64,000 bases of DNA, from contig NZ_OZ257251.1 in assembly GCF_965279625.1 (NCBI RefSeq), forward strand, positions 2,282,061-2,346,060. Reading direction: 5' to 3'. The notes beneath the pieces were generated by a model. That model worked only from the letters and a program-made list of their open reading frames with translations. It ran no database searches and was not told the DNA's origin. The translations under genes and the position numbers were made by a program. The DNA comes from Reyranella sp. (GTDB lineage: Bacteria; Pseudomonadota; Alphaproteobacteria; Reyranellales; Reyranellaceae). Shown piece after piece: positions 18,205 to 26,712 of the stretch. Positions within the stretch are counted from its first letter, which is position 1. Each line of letters opens with the position of its first letter.

Positions 18205-19095
18205 ATGACCAGGATGACGCGTCGCGATTTCGGGCTTTTGACCGCCGGCTCGCTGCTGGCCGGCGGGACACTCGGCACCTGGGGCGCGGCTCACGCCCAG
18301 GCCCAGCAGGTGCTCAAGGTCGGACTGATCCCCTCCGAGGATTCGCGGGCGATGCTGGCCCAAAGCAAGGATATCCTCGACGCGGTCGAGAAGAATTCCG
18401 GGATGAAGGTCCAGGGCTTCGTCGCCACCGACTATAACGGCGTCATCGAGGCGCTGCGCGCCAAGCACCTCGACATCGCCTATCTCGGGCCGTTTTCCTA
18501 CGTGCTGGCCACCACCGTGACGCCGGTCGAGGCCTTCGCCATCGCCGAGACCGCCAAGGCCGGCCGCACCTACTATCACTCCAAGATCATCGCCCTGAAG
18601 TCGAGCGGCATCAAAACCCTCGACGATCTCAAGGGCAAGAACTTCGCCTTCGTCGATCCCGCCTCGACCTCGGGCTATGCCTTCCCACTGGCGGGCCTGC
18701 TCAAGGCCGGCATTGAGCCCAAGCGCGACTTCAAGACCGTGCTGTTCACCGGCGCGCATGACGCCAATGCGTTGGCCGTCGCCAACGGCAAGGTCGATGC
18801 CGCGACCATCGCCGACCGCATCCTCGATGCCGCCATTGCCAAGGGCCACATCAAGGCCGACCAGATCCAGGTCGTGTGGGAATCGCCGCCGATCCCGGAA
18901 TCGCCGATGGTGTGGCGCAAGGACCTGTCGCCCGAGACGAAGGCCAAGGTGAAGGCCGCCTTCCTGTCGATCAAGGACCTCAACTGGTCCGACCAGGGCA
19001 AGCTGAACGGCTTCAAGGAAACCAACGACCAGGCCTACGACATCGTTCGCGAGACAGCCAAGCTCGCGAACATCGATCTCAAGAAGCAGAAGTAG
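18205..19095 (+). CDS. phnD: Phosphonate ABC transporter substrate-binding protein
   Basis: Twin-arginine-like signal; ATDYNGVIEALR, DPASTSGY and GAHDA motifs. Confidence 0.9.
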   Translation: MTRMTRRDFGLLTAGSLLAGGTLGTWGAAHAQAQQVLKVGLIPSEDSRAMLAQSKDILDAVEKNSGMKVQGFVATDYNGVIEALRAKHLDIAYLGPFSYVLATTVTPVEAFAIAETAKAGRTYYHSKIIALKSSGIKTLDDLKGKNFAFVDPASTSGYAFPLAGLLKAGIEPKRDFKTVLFTGAHDANALAVANGKVDAATIADRILDAAIAKGHIKADQIQVVWESPPIPESPMVWRKDLSPETKAKVKAAFLSIKDLNWSDQGKLNGFKETNDQAYDIVRETAKLANIDLKKQK

Positions 19096-19123
19096 CCCAG
19101 GCCCACACCAGGGAGATCGAGCG

Positions 19124-19951
19124 ATGATCGAAATCCGCGGCCTCGCCAAGTCCTATGGCGACCACCAGGCGCTGCACGATGTCAGCCTCTCGATCCGGCC
19201 CGGCGAGTTCGTCGTCGTGCTGGGACCGTCGGGCGCCGGCAAATCGACCTTGCTGCGCTGTATCAACCGGCTGATCGAGCCGACCGCCGGCGACATCGTG
19301 GTCGACGGCACGCCGCTGTCGTCCAACCGCCGCGACCTGCGCCTGCTCCGGCGCAACGTCGCCATGATCTTCCAGCAGCACAATCTGGTGAAGCGCCTCA
19401 GCGTGCTGAAAAACGTGCTGGTCGGCCGCATGGCCGACCTCTCGCCGATCCTCAGCAGCCTGCAGCTTTTCCCCGAGGCCGATGTGAAGATTGCTCTGCA
19501 TTGTCTCGAGCAGGTCGCGATGTCCCACAAGGCCCGCAATCGCGCCGATGCGCTGTCGGGTGGCGAGCAGCAGCGGGTCGGCATCGCCCGCGCGCTGGCG
19601 CAGCAGCCCAAGTTCATGCTGGCCGACGAACCGGTGGCGAGCCTCGATCCCAAGACCTCGCGCACCGTGCTGAATTACCTGAAGAAGAGCTGCAAGGAAT
19701 CCAACATTGCGGTCCTCTGCAATCTCCACCAGATCGACTATGCGCTGGAGTTCGCCGAGAGGGTCGTCGGCCTCTCGGCCGGACGCGTTGTCTATGACGG
19801 TGCGCCGGCCGGTGTGAGCGGCGACGTCATCCGCAGCATCTATCCCGGCCTCGACGATCCCAACGTGCTCGATGCCGCCCAGCGTCTCACCGAGCGCCGC
19901 CGTGCCGCGGCGGAGGCGGAAACCGCTCTCGCTCTCGAAGGGAGGGCCTGA
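19124..19951 (+). CDS. phnC: Phosphonate ABC transporter ATP-binding protein
   Basis: [28 protein letters not shown]. Confidence 0.92.
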   Translation: MIEIRGLAKSYGDHQALHDVSLSIRPGEFVVVLGPSGAGKSTLLRCINRLIEPTAGDIVVDGTPLSSNRRDLRLLRRNVAMIFQQHNLVKRLSVLKNVLVGRMADLSPILSSLQLFPEADVKIALHCLEQVAMSHKARNRADALSGGEQQRVGIARALAQQPKFMLADEPVASLDPKTSRTVLNYLKKSCKESNIAVLCNLHQIDYALEFAERVVGLSAGRVVYDGAPAGVSGDVIRSIYPGLDDPNVLDAAQRLTERRRAAAEAETALALEGRA

Positions 19952-19953
19952 AA

Positions 19954-20748
19954 GTGTCCCTGCAATTCGTCGTCAACAAGCCGCGCGGTCCGCTCGGCTG
20001 GTGGATCATGGTCCCGATCCTGGGTGTCACCGTCGCTACCCTCTGGTGGTCGGCCGTCGGTACCCGTCTCAGCATAGGCGGCTTCATCGACGGGCTGCCG
20101 TGGATCGGCGACTTCATCGGCCGCATGCTGCCGCCCAACTTCGCCTTCATGCAGAAGCTGGTGCAGCCCGCCATCGAGACCGTGCAGATCGCGCTGTGGG
20201 GTACCCTGCTCGGCATCGTGCTGGCCCTGCCGGTCTGCTTCTTCGCCGCGCGAAATCTCTCGCCCTATGCCTGGGTGTTCCACGGGCTGCGTCAGGTGTT
20301 GAACGTGATGCGCGGCATCAACGAGATCATCCTGGCGCTGATCTTCGTTGCCGCCGTGGGCCTCGGCCCCTTCGCCGGCGTGCTCGCCATAGCGCTGCAC
20401 GGCGCCGGCATGCTGGGCAAGTTCTTCGCCGAGGCGATCGAAGAGATCGACGAGGGTCCGCTCGATGCCTTGCGCGCGGCCGGCGCAGGCACCCTGCAGC
20501 GCATCGTGTTCGGCGTGTTGCCACAAGTCCTGCCGGCCTGGATCGGCGTTGTGCTCTATCGCTTCGAGACCAACATCCGCGTCTCGACGGTGCTGGGCAT
20601 GGTGGGCGCGGGCGGCATCGGTTTCGAGCTGATCAGTTCGATGAAGCTGTTCGCCTACGAGGATACGGCGTCCTGCGTCATCGTCATCCTGATCCTCGTA
20701 CTCGCCGCCGACCTGATGTCGTCGAAACTGCGTGCCATGATCCGATAG
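19954..20748 (+). CDS. phnE: Phosphonate ABC transporter permease
   Basis: GMLGKFFAEAIE, YRFETNIR and VGAGGIG motifs. Confidence 0.92.
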   Translation: MSLQFVVNKPRGPLGWWIMVPILGVTVATLWWSAVGTRLSIGGFIDGLPWIGDFIGRMLPPNFAFMQKLVQPAIETVQIALWGTLLGIVLALPVCFFAARNLSPYAWVFHGLRQVLNVMRGINEIILALIFVAAVGLGPFAGVLAIALHGAGMLGKFFAEAIEEIDEGPLDALRAAGAGTLQRIVFGVLPQVLPAWIGVVLYRFETNIRVSTVLGMVGAGGIGFELISSMKLFAYEDTASCVIVILILVLAADLMSSKLRAMIR

Positions 20749-20836
20749 AACAAATCCGCCAGCCGGACGGGCGCCCTCGACGCCGGACCTCCATCACGCC
20801 ATCCTCTCTGCAATTGGGTTTGGGAGGACTAAGTTC

Positions 20837-22429
20837 ATGCGTTTATCGGTCGGATTTCTCGGTGTCGTGGCGGCGCTCGGCCTGTCGGCCGCGCCTGCGC
20901 TCGCGCAGAAGAGCGGCGGCACCCTCAAGATGTATATCGCGGACAATCCGCCCAGCACCTCGATCCACGAGGAAGCGACGACCTCCACCGTCGTGCCCTT
21001 CATGGGGCTCTACAACAACCTCGTCGTCTTTGATCAGCAGATCCCGCAGAACAGCCTGGAGTCGATCCGTCCGGATCTGGCCGAAAGCTGGGCGTGGAGC
21101 GAGGACGGCAAGAAGCTGACCTTCAAGCTGGTGGGCAATGCCAAGTGGCATGACGGCAAGCCCTTCACATCCGCCGACGTGAAGTGCACCTGGGACATGC
21201 TGACGGGCAAAAGCGAGACCCAGAAGCTGCGCAAGAATCCGCGCATTTCCTGGTACTGGAACCTCCAGGAAGTCACGACCAACGGCGACCGCGAGGTGAC
21301 CTTCCATCTCGGCCAGCCGCAGCCTTCGCTGCTGATCCTGCTCGCCTCGGGCTACAGCCCCGTCTATTCCTGCCACGTGCCGACGGCGCAGATGCGCACC
21401 AAGCCGATCGGCACCGGTCCCTTCAAGCTCGGCGAATTCAAGCAGAAGGAAATCGTGAAGCTCGTCCGCAATCCGGACTACTTCAAGAAGGGCAAGCCCT
21501 ATCTCGACGGCATCGAGATGCCGATCGTGCCGGCGCGGGGCACCGCCATGCTGGGCTTCGTCTCCGGCCGCTACGACCTGACGTCGCCCTACGCCGTCAC
21601 CATCCCGCTGCTCAAGGACATCAAGGCGCAGGCCTCCAACGCCGTCTGCGAGGTCGCGCCGATGAACAACAGCACCAACCTGATCGTCAACAGCGAAGCG
21701 CCGCCGTTCAACAATGCCGACATCCGTCGCGCCATGCTGCTCACCATCGACCGCAAGGCGTTCATCGAGATCCTCGCCCAGGGCGCCGGAGAAGCTGGCG
21801 GCGTCATGGAGCCGGCGCCCGGCGGCGTCTGGGGAATGCCGAAGGAGATGTTCGACACGGTGAAGGGCTACGGGCCCGACGTCGCCAAGAACCGCGTCGA
21901 AGCGCAGGCCCTGATGAAGAAGGCGGGCTACGGCCCCGACAACAGGCTGAAGCTCAAGGTCTCGACCCGCAATCACCTGCTCTATCGCGACCCGGCGGTG
22001 ATCCTGATCGACCAGCTCAAGGAGATCTACATCGACGGCGAACTCGACCTCGTCGACACCGCCCTGTGGTTCAACAAGGTCGCGCGCAAGGACTACTCGG
22101 TCGGCCTCAACACGACCGGCAACGGCGTCGACGATCCGGACCAGACCTACTTCGAGCACTATGCTTGCAAGTCGGAGCGCAACTATGTCGGCTACTGCAA
22201 TCCCGAGATCGAGAAGCTGTTCCCGATCCAGTCGGCCGAGCGCGACATCGAAAAGCGCAAGAAGCTCGTCTGGGAAATCGACAAGCAGATCCTCGAGGAA
22301 GGCTTCCGCCCGATCATCATGTGGAACGCCTCGGGAACCTGCTGGCATCCCCACGTGAAGGGCTACCGTCCGATGGTGAACAGCCTCTACAACGGCTCGC
22401 GCTTCGAGGATGTCTGGCTCGACAAGTAG
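20837..22429 (+). CDS. Family 5 (peptide/nickel) ABC substrate-binding protein, no adjacent permeases
   Basis: Signal peptide; PDLAESW, KWHDGKPFTSADV and PIGTGPF motifs. Confidence 0.9.
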   Translation: MRLSVGFLGVVAALGLSAAPALAQKSGGTLKMYIADNPPSTSIHEEATTSTVVPFMGLYNNLVVFDQQIPQNSLESIRPDLAESWAWSEDGKKLTFKLVGNAKWHDGKPFTSADVKCTWDMLTGKSETQKLRKNPRISWYWNLQEVTTNGDREVTFHLGQPQPSLLILLASGYSPVYSCHVPTAQMRTKPIGTGPFKLGEFKQKEIVKLVRNPDYFKKGKPYLDGIEMPIVPARGTAMLGFVSGRYDLTSPYAVTIPLLKDIKAQASNAVCEVAPMNNSTNLIVNSEAPPFNNADIRRAMLLTIDRKAFIEILAQGAGEAGGVMEPAPGGVWGMPKEMFDTVKGYGPDVAKNRVEAQALMKKAGYGPDNRLKLKVSTRNHLLYRDPAVILIDQLKEIYIDGELDLVDTALWFNKVARKDYSVGLNTTGNGVDDPDQTYFEHYACKSERNYVGYCNPEIEKLFPIQSAERDIEKRKKLVWEIDKQILEEGFRPIIMWNASGTCWHPHVKGYRPMVNSLYNGSRFEDVWLDK

Positions 22430-22456
22430 CCGACGGAGCGAAAGCTGCAACACTGC

Positions 22457-22486
22457 CGAAAGCCGCGCCCCGTTGCGCGGCTTTCG
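22457..22486 (+). terminator. Stem-loop downstream of the SBP gene (possible terminator or mRNA stabiliser)
   Basis: Perfect 12-bp stem CGAAAGCCGCGC/GCGCGGCTTTCG with a 6-nt loop; no long U-tract. Confidence 0.5.
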
Positions 22487-22580
22487 CGCGATGGGGCCTG
22501 ACAGTGCCGCGGCCTTGAGAGTACTGTCGAGACTAACAGAGCGAGCAACGCCGCCCCATAGAATCCCGGGAGGGACATAC

Positions 22581-23585
22581 ATGAAATCATCATCACGCCA
22601 GGTTCTGACGCGTCGGCACGCCCTGACGGGCACGCTGCTCCTCGGCTCGACAATGCTCGCAACGGGCAAGGCGATGGCGGCAGAGTGGCCCGAGCGGCCG
22701 ATCCGCATGATCATTCCGTTCGCGGCGGGCGCCGGCGCCGACATCGTCGGCCGCACCTTCGGTGAGGAACTGGCGAAGGCGCTGGGCCAACCGGTCGTCA
22801 TCGACAACAAGGGCGGCGCCGGCGGACTTCTCGGCACCGCCGAGGGCGCGCGGGCGCCGGCCGACGGCTACACGCTGCTGCTCACCTCGCAGGGCGCGAC
22901 GGTCTTCAACATGGGTCTCTACAAATCGCCGGGGTACGATCCGCTGAAGGATCTCATTCCGATCTCGACGACCGGCATCCTCACCAACGTCATGGTCGTC
23001 TCGACCGCCAACCCGGCCAACACCGTCGCCGACGTGATCGCGCAGGCGCGTGCCAAGCCGGGGGAACTCACCTACGGGTCGAGCGGCGTCGGGAGCAGCC
23101 TGCACATGTCGGGCGTAATCACCGAACAGCGCACCGGCGTGAAGCTTCAGCACGTGCCCTATCGCGGCGCGCCGGCCGCCGTCCTCGCGGTGGTGAACGG
23201 CGAAGTGACGATGGGCTTCTTCAACGCACCGACCGTGGTGGGCCAGATCAAGGCCGGCAAGCTGAAGGCGCTGGCCGTGACCACCAAGGACCGTTCAAAG
23301 ATCCTGCCCGACGTGCCGACCATGATGGAGGCGGGCCTGCCCGACTTCGTGGTCGCGACCTGGCTGGGCTTCGCGGTGCCGACCGGCACGCCCGCGCCGA
23401 TCGTTTCACGCCTCAATGCCGAGATCGGCCGCATCGCCCAGATGCCGCAGGTGAAGGAGAAGCTTCTGGTCCAGGGCTTCGAGGTGCTGCCGCCCGACAC
23501 GCCGGCTCAAGCCCGCAAGCTGATCGAAGACGATCAGGCGCTGTGGCTTCCGATCATCAAGCAGTCGGGCGCGACGGCGGAGTAG
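22581..23585 (+). CDS. Bug/TctC tripartite tricarboxylate transporter substrate-binding protein
   Basis: Start moved to ATG 22581 after GGAGGGA. WPERPIRMIIPFAAG and HVPYRGAPAA motifs. Confidence 0.9.
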   Translation: MKSSSRQVLTRRHALTGTLLLGSTMLATGKAMAAEWPERPIRMIIPFAAGAGADIVGRTFGEELAKALGQPVVIDNKGGAGGLLGTAEGARAPADGYTLLLTSQGATVFNMGLYKSPGYDPLKDLIPISTTGILTNVMVVSTANPANTVADVIAQARAKPGELTYGSSGVGSSLHMSGVITEQRTGVKLQHVPYRGAPAAVLAVVNGEVTMGFFNAPTVVGQIKAGKLKALAVTTKDRSKILPDVPTMMEAGLPDFVVATWLGFAVPTGTPAPIVSRLNAEIGRIAQMPQVKEKLLVQGFEVLPPDTPAQARKLIEDDQALWLPIIKQSGATAE

Positions 23586-23609
23586 AGAGGCCGACAACGG
23601 CCCACTACT

Positions 23610-23697
23610 TGTCATCCTGAGCGCAGCGAAGGATCTAACGTCGGCTGTGGAGTACTTTGTTTGCTCCGCTAGGTCCTTCGCTGCGCTCAGGACGACA
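23610..23697. repeat. GTCATCC-type palindromic repeat, family B copy 1
   Basis: GTCATCCTGAGCGCAGCGAAGGATCT (23611-23636) with inverted arm 23671-23696, 24/26 match; between convergent genes. Confidence 0.85.
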
Positions 23698-23713
23698 GTG
23701 AGGCTGGCCTGAG

Positions 23714-24448
23714 CTAGTCAGTAGCCGCCAACTTCGTGCGCGGGGAGCCGGCGATCTCCTGGATAAGCTTCTTCGTCATCGACCGGCCGAAGTCTCCGTG
23801 GCTCTCGGCCACGATCGTGAAGGCGCCGGGGCCGCCGATGACATTGTCCTGAAAGTACTTCTCCAGACCGCCCGGCGGATTGGTGTGCTCGGGGCGGAAC
23901 GCCTCCTCGATCGGCGTCAGGATCACCAGCGCGTTGATCGTGACGTTCTTCGCCACGGCATCGTCGCGCGCATCGGTGACCAGGCGACCGGCGATGTTGT
24001 TGCCGTCACCCGACACGTCGATCACCCGGCGATCCGAGACGAAGGGCGCCCGCTCGAACTGTCCCACCGCGAAGTCGATGGCGGCGCTGATCGAGGTGCT
24101 GCCGGCAAAGGAGCGCGGCGTCTCGATCAGCTTGTCGCCGAAAGTGCGCGCCGAGGCGCCGTCACCGATCACCATCCAGTCGATCACGACGTTCTGCATA
24201 TTGGCGGATGCCCATTCGACGAAGCAGACCGCAATGCGCCGGTTGGGGCCCGACGTGATGGCCCGCACCACGTCGGGATGGGTGATGGCGGCGGCGGCGC
24301 CTTCGCGCTGAAGCCTGAACTTGGGATCGGTCACGCTGCGCGACACGTCGGCGGCCAGCACCAGCAGCATGTCGACGGGCTCCGCCGCCCGTACCGACGG
24401 GGCGAGGAGCAGCAGTACGGTACCCAGCAGCGCAACAATCCGCTTCAT
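23714..24448 (-). CDS. DUF1194 (vWA-like) exported protein
   Basis: Start moved to ATG 24448. LAADVSRSV MIDAS-like motif, TSISAAI, IDVSGDG, YFQDNVIGGPGAF. Confidence 0.85.
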   Translation of the reverse strand: MKRIVALLGTVLLLLAPSVRAAEPVDMLLVLAADVSRSVTDPKFRLQREGAAAAITHPDVVRAITSGPNRRIAVCFVEWASANMQNVVIDWMVIGDGASARTFGDKLIETPRSFAGSTSISAAIDFAVGQFERAPFVSDRRVIDVSGDGNNIAGRLVTDARDDAVAKNVTINALVILTPIEEAFRPEHTNPPGGLEKYFQDNVIGGPGAFTIVAESHGDFGRSMTKKLIQEIAGSPRTKLAATD

Positions 24449-24480
24449 CGCACGCGACCCTCGCTCACCCGGTTCGTCCG

Positions 24481-24486
24481 AGTATA
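24481..24486 (-). promoter_or_regulatory. Sigma70-type -10 hexamer for the DUF1194 gene
   Basis: TATACT on the minus strand, 32 bp upstream of the ATG. Confidence 0.4.
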
Positions 24487-24698
24487 GGACGGCCCCGCCC
24501 ATCCGCGAGCCGATCCGGCGGCTTTCGACAAGAGGCCCCCGATAGCGGCGGGGCCTGCAGAAAATCCTTCCGCCAATCGTCAAAGATACGCGACATTCTG
24601 CTATTGCGAATTATTTGCGACTCTGGCTATTCATGCTGCACCGCACTATATTCCGTCTCTGCCGGTGACAGGCCGGACCGTTGCGTAGGAGCGTTTGC

Positions 24699-25469
24699 GT
24701 GAGCGCGTTGAGAAACGAGACCGTTTTGTCGGTGCATCACTGGACCGACGAGTTGTTCAGCTTCCGGACCACCCGCGACAAGGGGTTCCGCTTCGCCAGC
24801 GGCCAGTTCACCATGATCGGCCTCAAGGTCGAGGGTAAGCCGGTGCTGCGGGCCTACTCCATCGCCAGCCCCCATTACGTGGACGAGCTGGAGTTCTTCT
24901 CGATCAAGGTGCCCGACGGCAAGCTGACCTCGCACCTCAAGAACCTGATGCCGGGCGATCCCGTGCTGGTCGGCGCCAAGGCCGTCGGCACCCTGTTGCT
25001 CGACAGCCTGACCCCTGGCCGCAATCTCTACCTGCTGGGCACCGGCACCGGCCTCGCCCCCTTCCTTTCGATCGTGCGCGATCCGGAAGTCTACGAGCGT
25101 TTCGAGAAGGTCATCCTGGTCCATGGCTGCCGCCATGTCCGCGACCTCGCCTACCGCTCGGCCCTGGCCGACGAACTGCCGGCCGACGAGATCCTGGGCG
25201 ACCTGGTCCGCGACAAGCTGGTCTACTACCCGACCGTGACCCGCGAGCCCTTCAAGTATCGCGGCCGCATCTCGCACCTGATCGAGAACGGCACCCTGGC
25301 GAAGGACGTCGGCCTGCCGCCGATGTCGCGCGAGAACGACCGCTTCATGCTCTGTGGCAGCATGCAGATGCTGGCCGACATCCGCGACCTCCTCGAAGGC
25401 ATGGGCCTTACCGAGGGCAGCACCACCACCCCGGGCGAGTTCGTCGTCGAAAAGGCCTTCGTCGAGTAG
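24699..25469 (+). CDS. fpr: Ferredoxin-NADP+ reductase
   Basis: GTG start after AGGAG. RAYSIAS, GTGTGLAPF, MLCGS and C-terminal EKAFVE. Confidence 0.93.
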   Translation: MSALRNETVLSVHHWTDELFSFRTTRDKGFRFASGQFTMIGLKVEGKPVLRAYSIASPHYVDELEFFSIKVPDGKLTSHLKNLMPGDPVLVGAKAVGTLLLDSLTPGRNLYLLGTGTGLAPFLSIVRDPEVYERFEKVILVHGCRHVRDLAYRSALADELPADEILGDLVRDKLVYYPTVTREPFKYRGRISHLIENGTLAKDVGLPPMSRENDRFMLCGSMQMLADIRDLLEGMGLTEGSTTTPGEFVVEKAFVE

Positions 25470-25572
25470 AAGGTTCCGCTTCGCGAGCCTCTTCAAGTAG
25501 CGTGCGACGGTCGCCGGCGGCTAGGATGTCGGCGACACACGCAGGCCATCAGGCTCGGGAAGAGGATTGCAA

Positions 25573-26712
25573 GTGACACTACCGCTCGAGGGAGTTCGCG
25601 TCATCGAGGTGGGCCAGGCGCTGGCCGGTCCGCTGGCCGGGGTGATCCTGGCCGACATGGGCGCCGACGTGATCAAGATCGAGAAGCCCGATGGGGGCGA
25701 CGATGCCCGCATCTGGGGCCCTCCGTTCGGCCCCGACGGCAAGACCTCGCTCTACTTCTACTCGCAGAACCGCAACAAGCGCTCGGTCGTGCTCGACCTC
25801 AAGCTCGCCGAAGACGTCGACAAGCTGCACAAGCTTTGCGAGACGGCCGACATCCTGATCCAGAACCTGCGGCCCGGCGTGGTCGACGAGGTCGGCATCG
25901 GCCCCGAGACGATGCTCGCGCGCCATCCGCGCCTGATCTACTGCTCGATCTGGGCGTTCGGCTATCAGGGACCGCTGCGCATGAAGCCGGCCTTCGATCC
26001 GCTGCTGCAGGCCTATGGCGGCATGATGAGCGTGACCGGCCGGCCGGAGGATCCGCCGACCTTCTGCGGCGCCTCGATCAACGACAAGGCGACCGGCATG
26101 TTCTGCACCATTGGTGCGCTGGCGGCACTTCGGCTGCGCGACAAGACCGGCAAGGGCTGCCTGGTCGACACCTCGCTCTTCGACTCGGCGGTGCATTGGG
26201 TCGAGGGCCAGGTGAACGGCTACATCGCCAACGGCACCGTTTCCCAGCGGCACGGCACCGGCAGTCCGGTAATCGTGCCCTACCAGACCTTCGACACGGC
26301 CGACCATCCGATCTGCCTGGCGCCCGGCAACGACCGGCTGTGGGCGCGCTGCGCCAAGGTGCTGGGCCGTGACGAATGGGCGACCGACCCGAAGTTCGCC
26401 AAGAGCGCGCAACGGGTCGCCCACAAAGCCGAGCTGCTGCCCATGATCGCCGAGGCGTTGAAGGCCAGGCCGCGCGCCGAATGGCTGGAAGCCATGGAGA
26501 AGGCCGGCGTTCCCTGCGCCGCCGTTAACGATATCGGCGAGCTGGCGCGCACCGAGCAGATGGAAGCATCGAAGCTCATCCAGCAACTGCCCGGCGGACC
26601 AAAGGTGGTCGGCCTGCCGATCTCGTTCGATCATGTGCGGCCGCATTCGCCGCGCTCGGCGCCAACCTTGGGCGAGCATACCGACGAAGTGCTGGGAAGC
26701 CTGTCCAAGTGA
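25573..26712 (+). CDS. Class III CoA-transferase (CaiB/BaiF)
   Basis: GTG start 6 nt after AGAGGA. ADMGADVIKIE, NRNKRS, catalytic Asp in SINDKATG, APTLGEHTDEVL. Confidence 0.9.
   Translation: MTLPLEGVRVIEVGQALAGPLAGVILADMGADVIKIEKPDGGDDARIWGPPFGPDGKTSLYFYSQNRNKRSVVLDLKLAEDVDKLHKLCETADILIQNLRPGVVDEVGIGPETMLARHPRLIYCSIWAFGYQGPLRMKPAFDPLLQAYGGMMSVTGRPEDPPTFCGASINDKATGMFCTIGALAALRLRDKTGKGCLVDTSLFDSAVHWVEGQVNGYIANGTVSQRHGTGSPVIVPYQTFDTADHPICLAPGNDRLWARCAKVLGRDEWATDPKFAKSAQRVAHKAELLPMIAEALKARPRAEWLEAMEKAGVPCAAVNDIGELARTEQMEASKLIQQLPGGPKVVGLPISFDHVRPHSPRSAPTLGEHTDEVLGSLSK

Noticed and set aside
16027-20748. ptxABCDE phosphite oxidation operon
   Set aside because: The dehydrogenase is an Fe-ADH rather than a PtxD-type D-2-hydroxyacid dehydrogenase, and the gene order differs.
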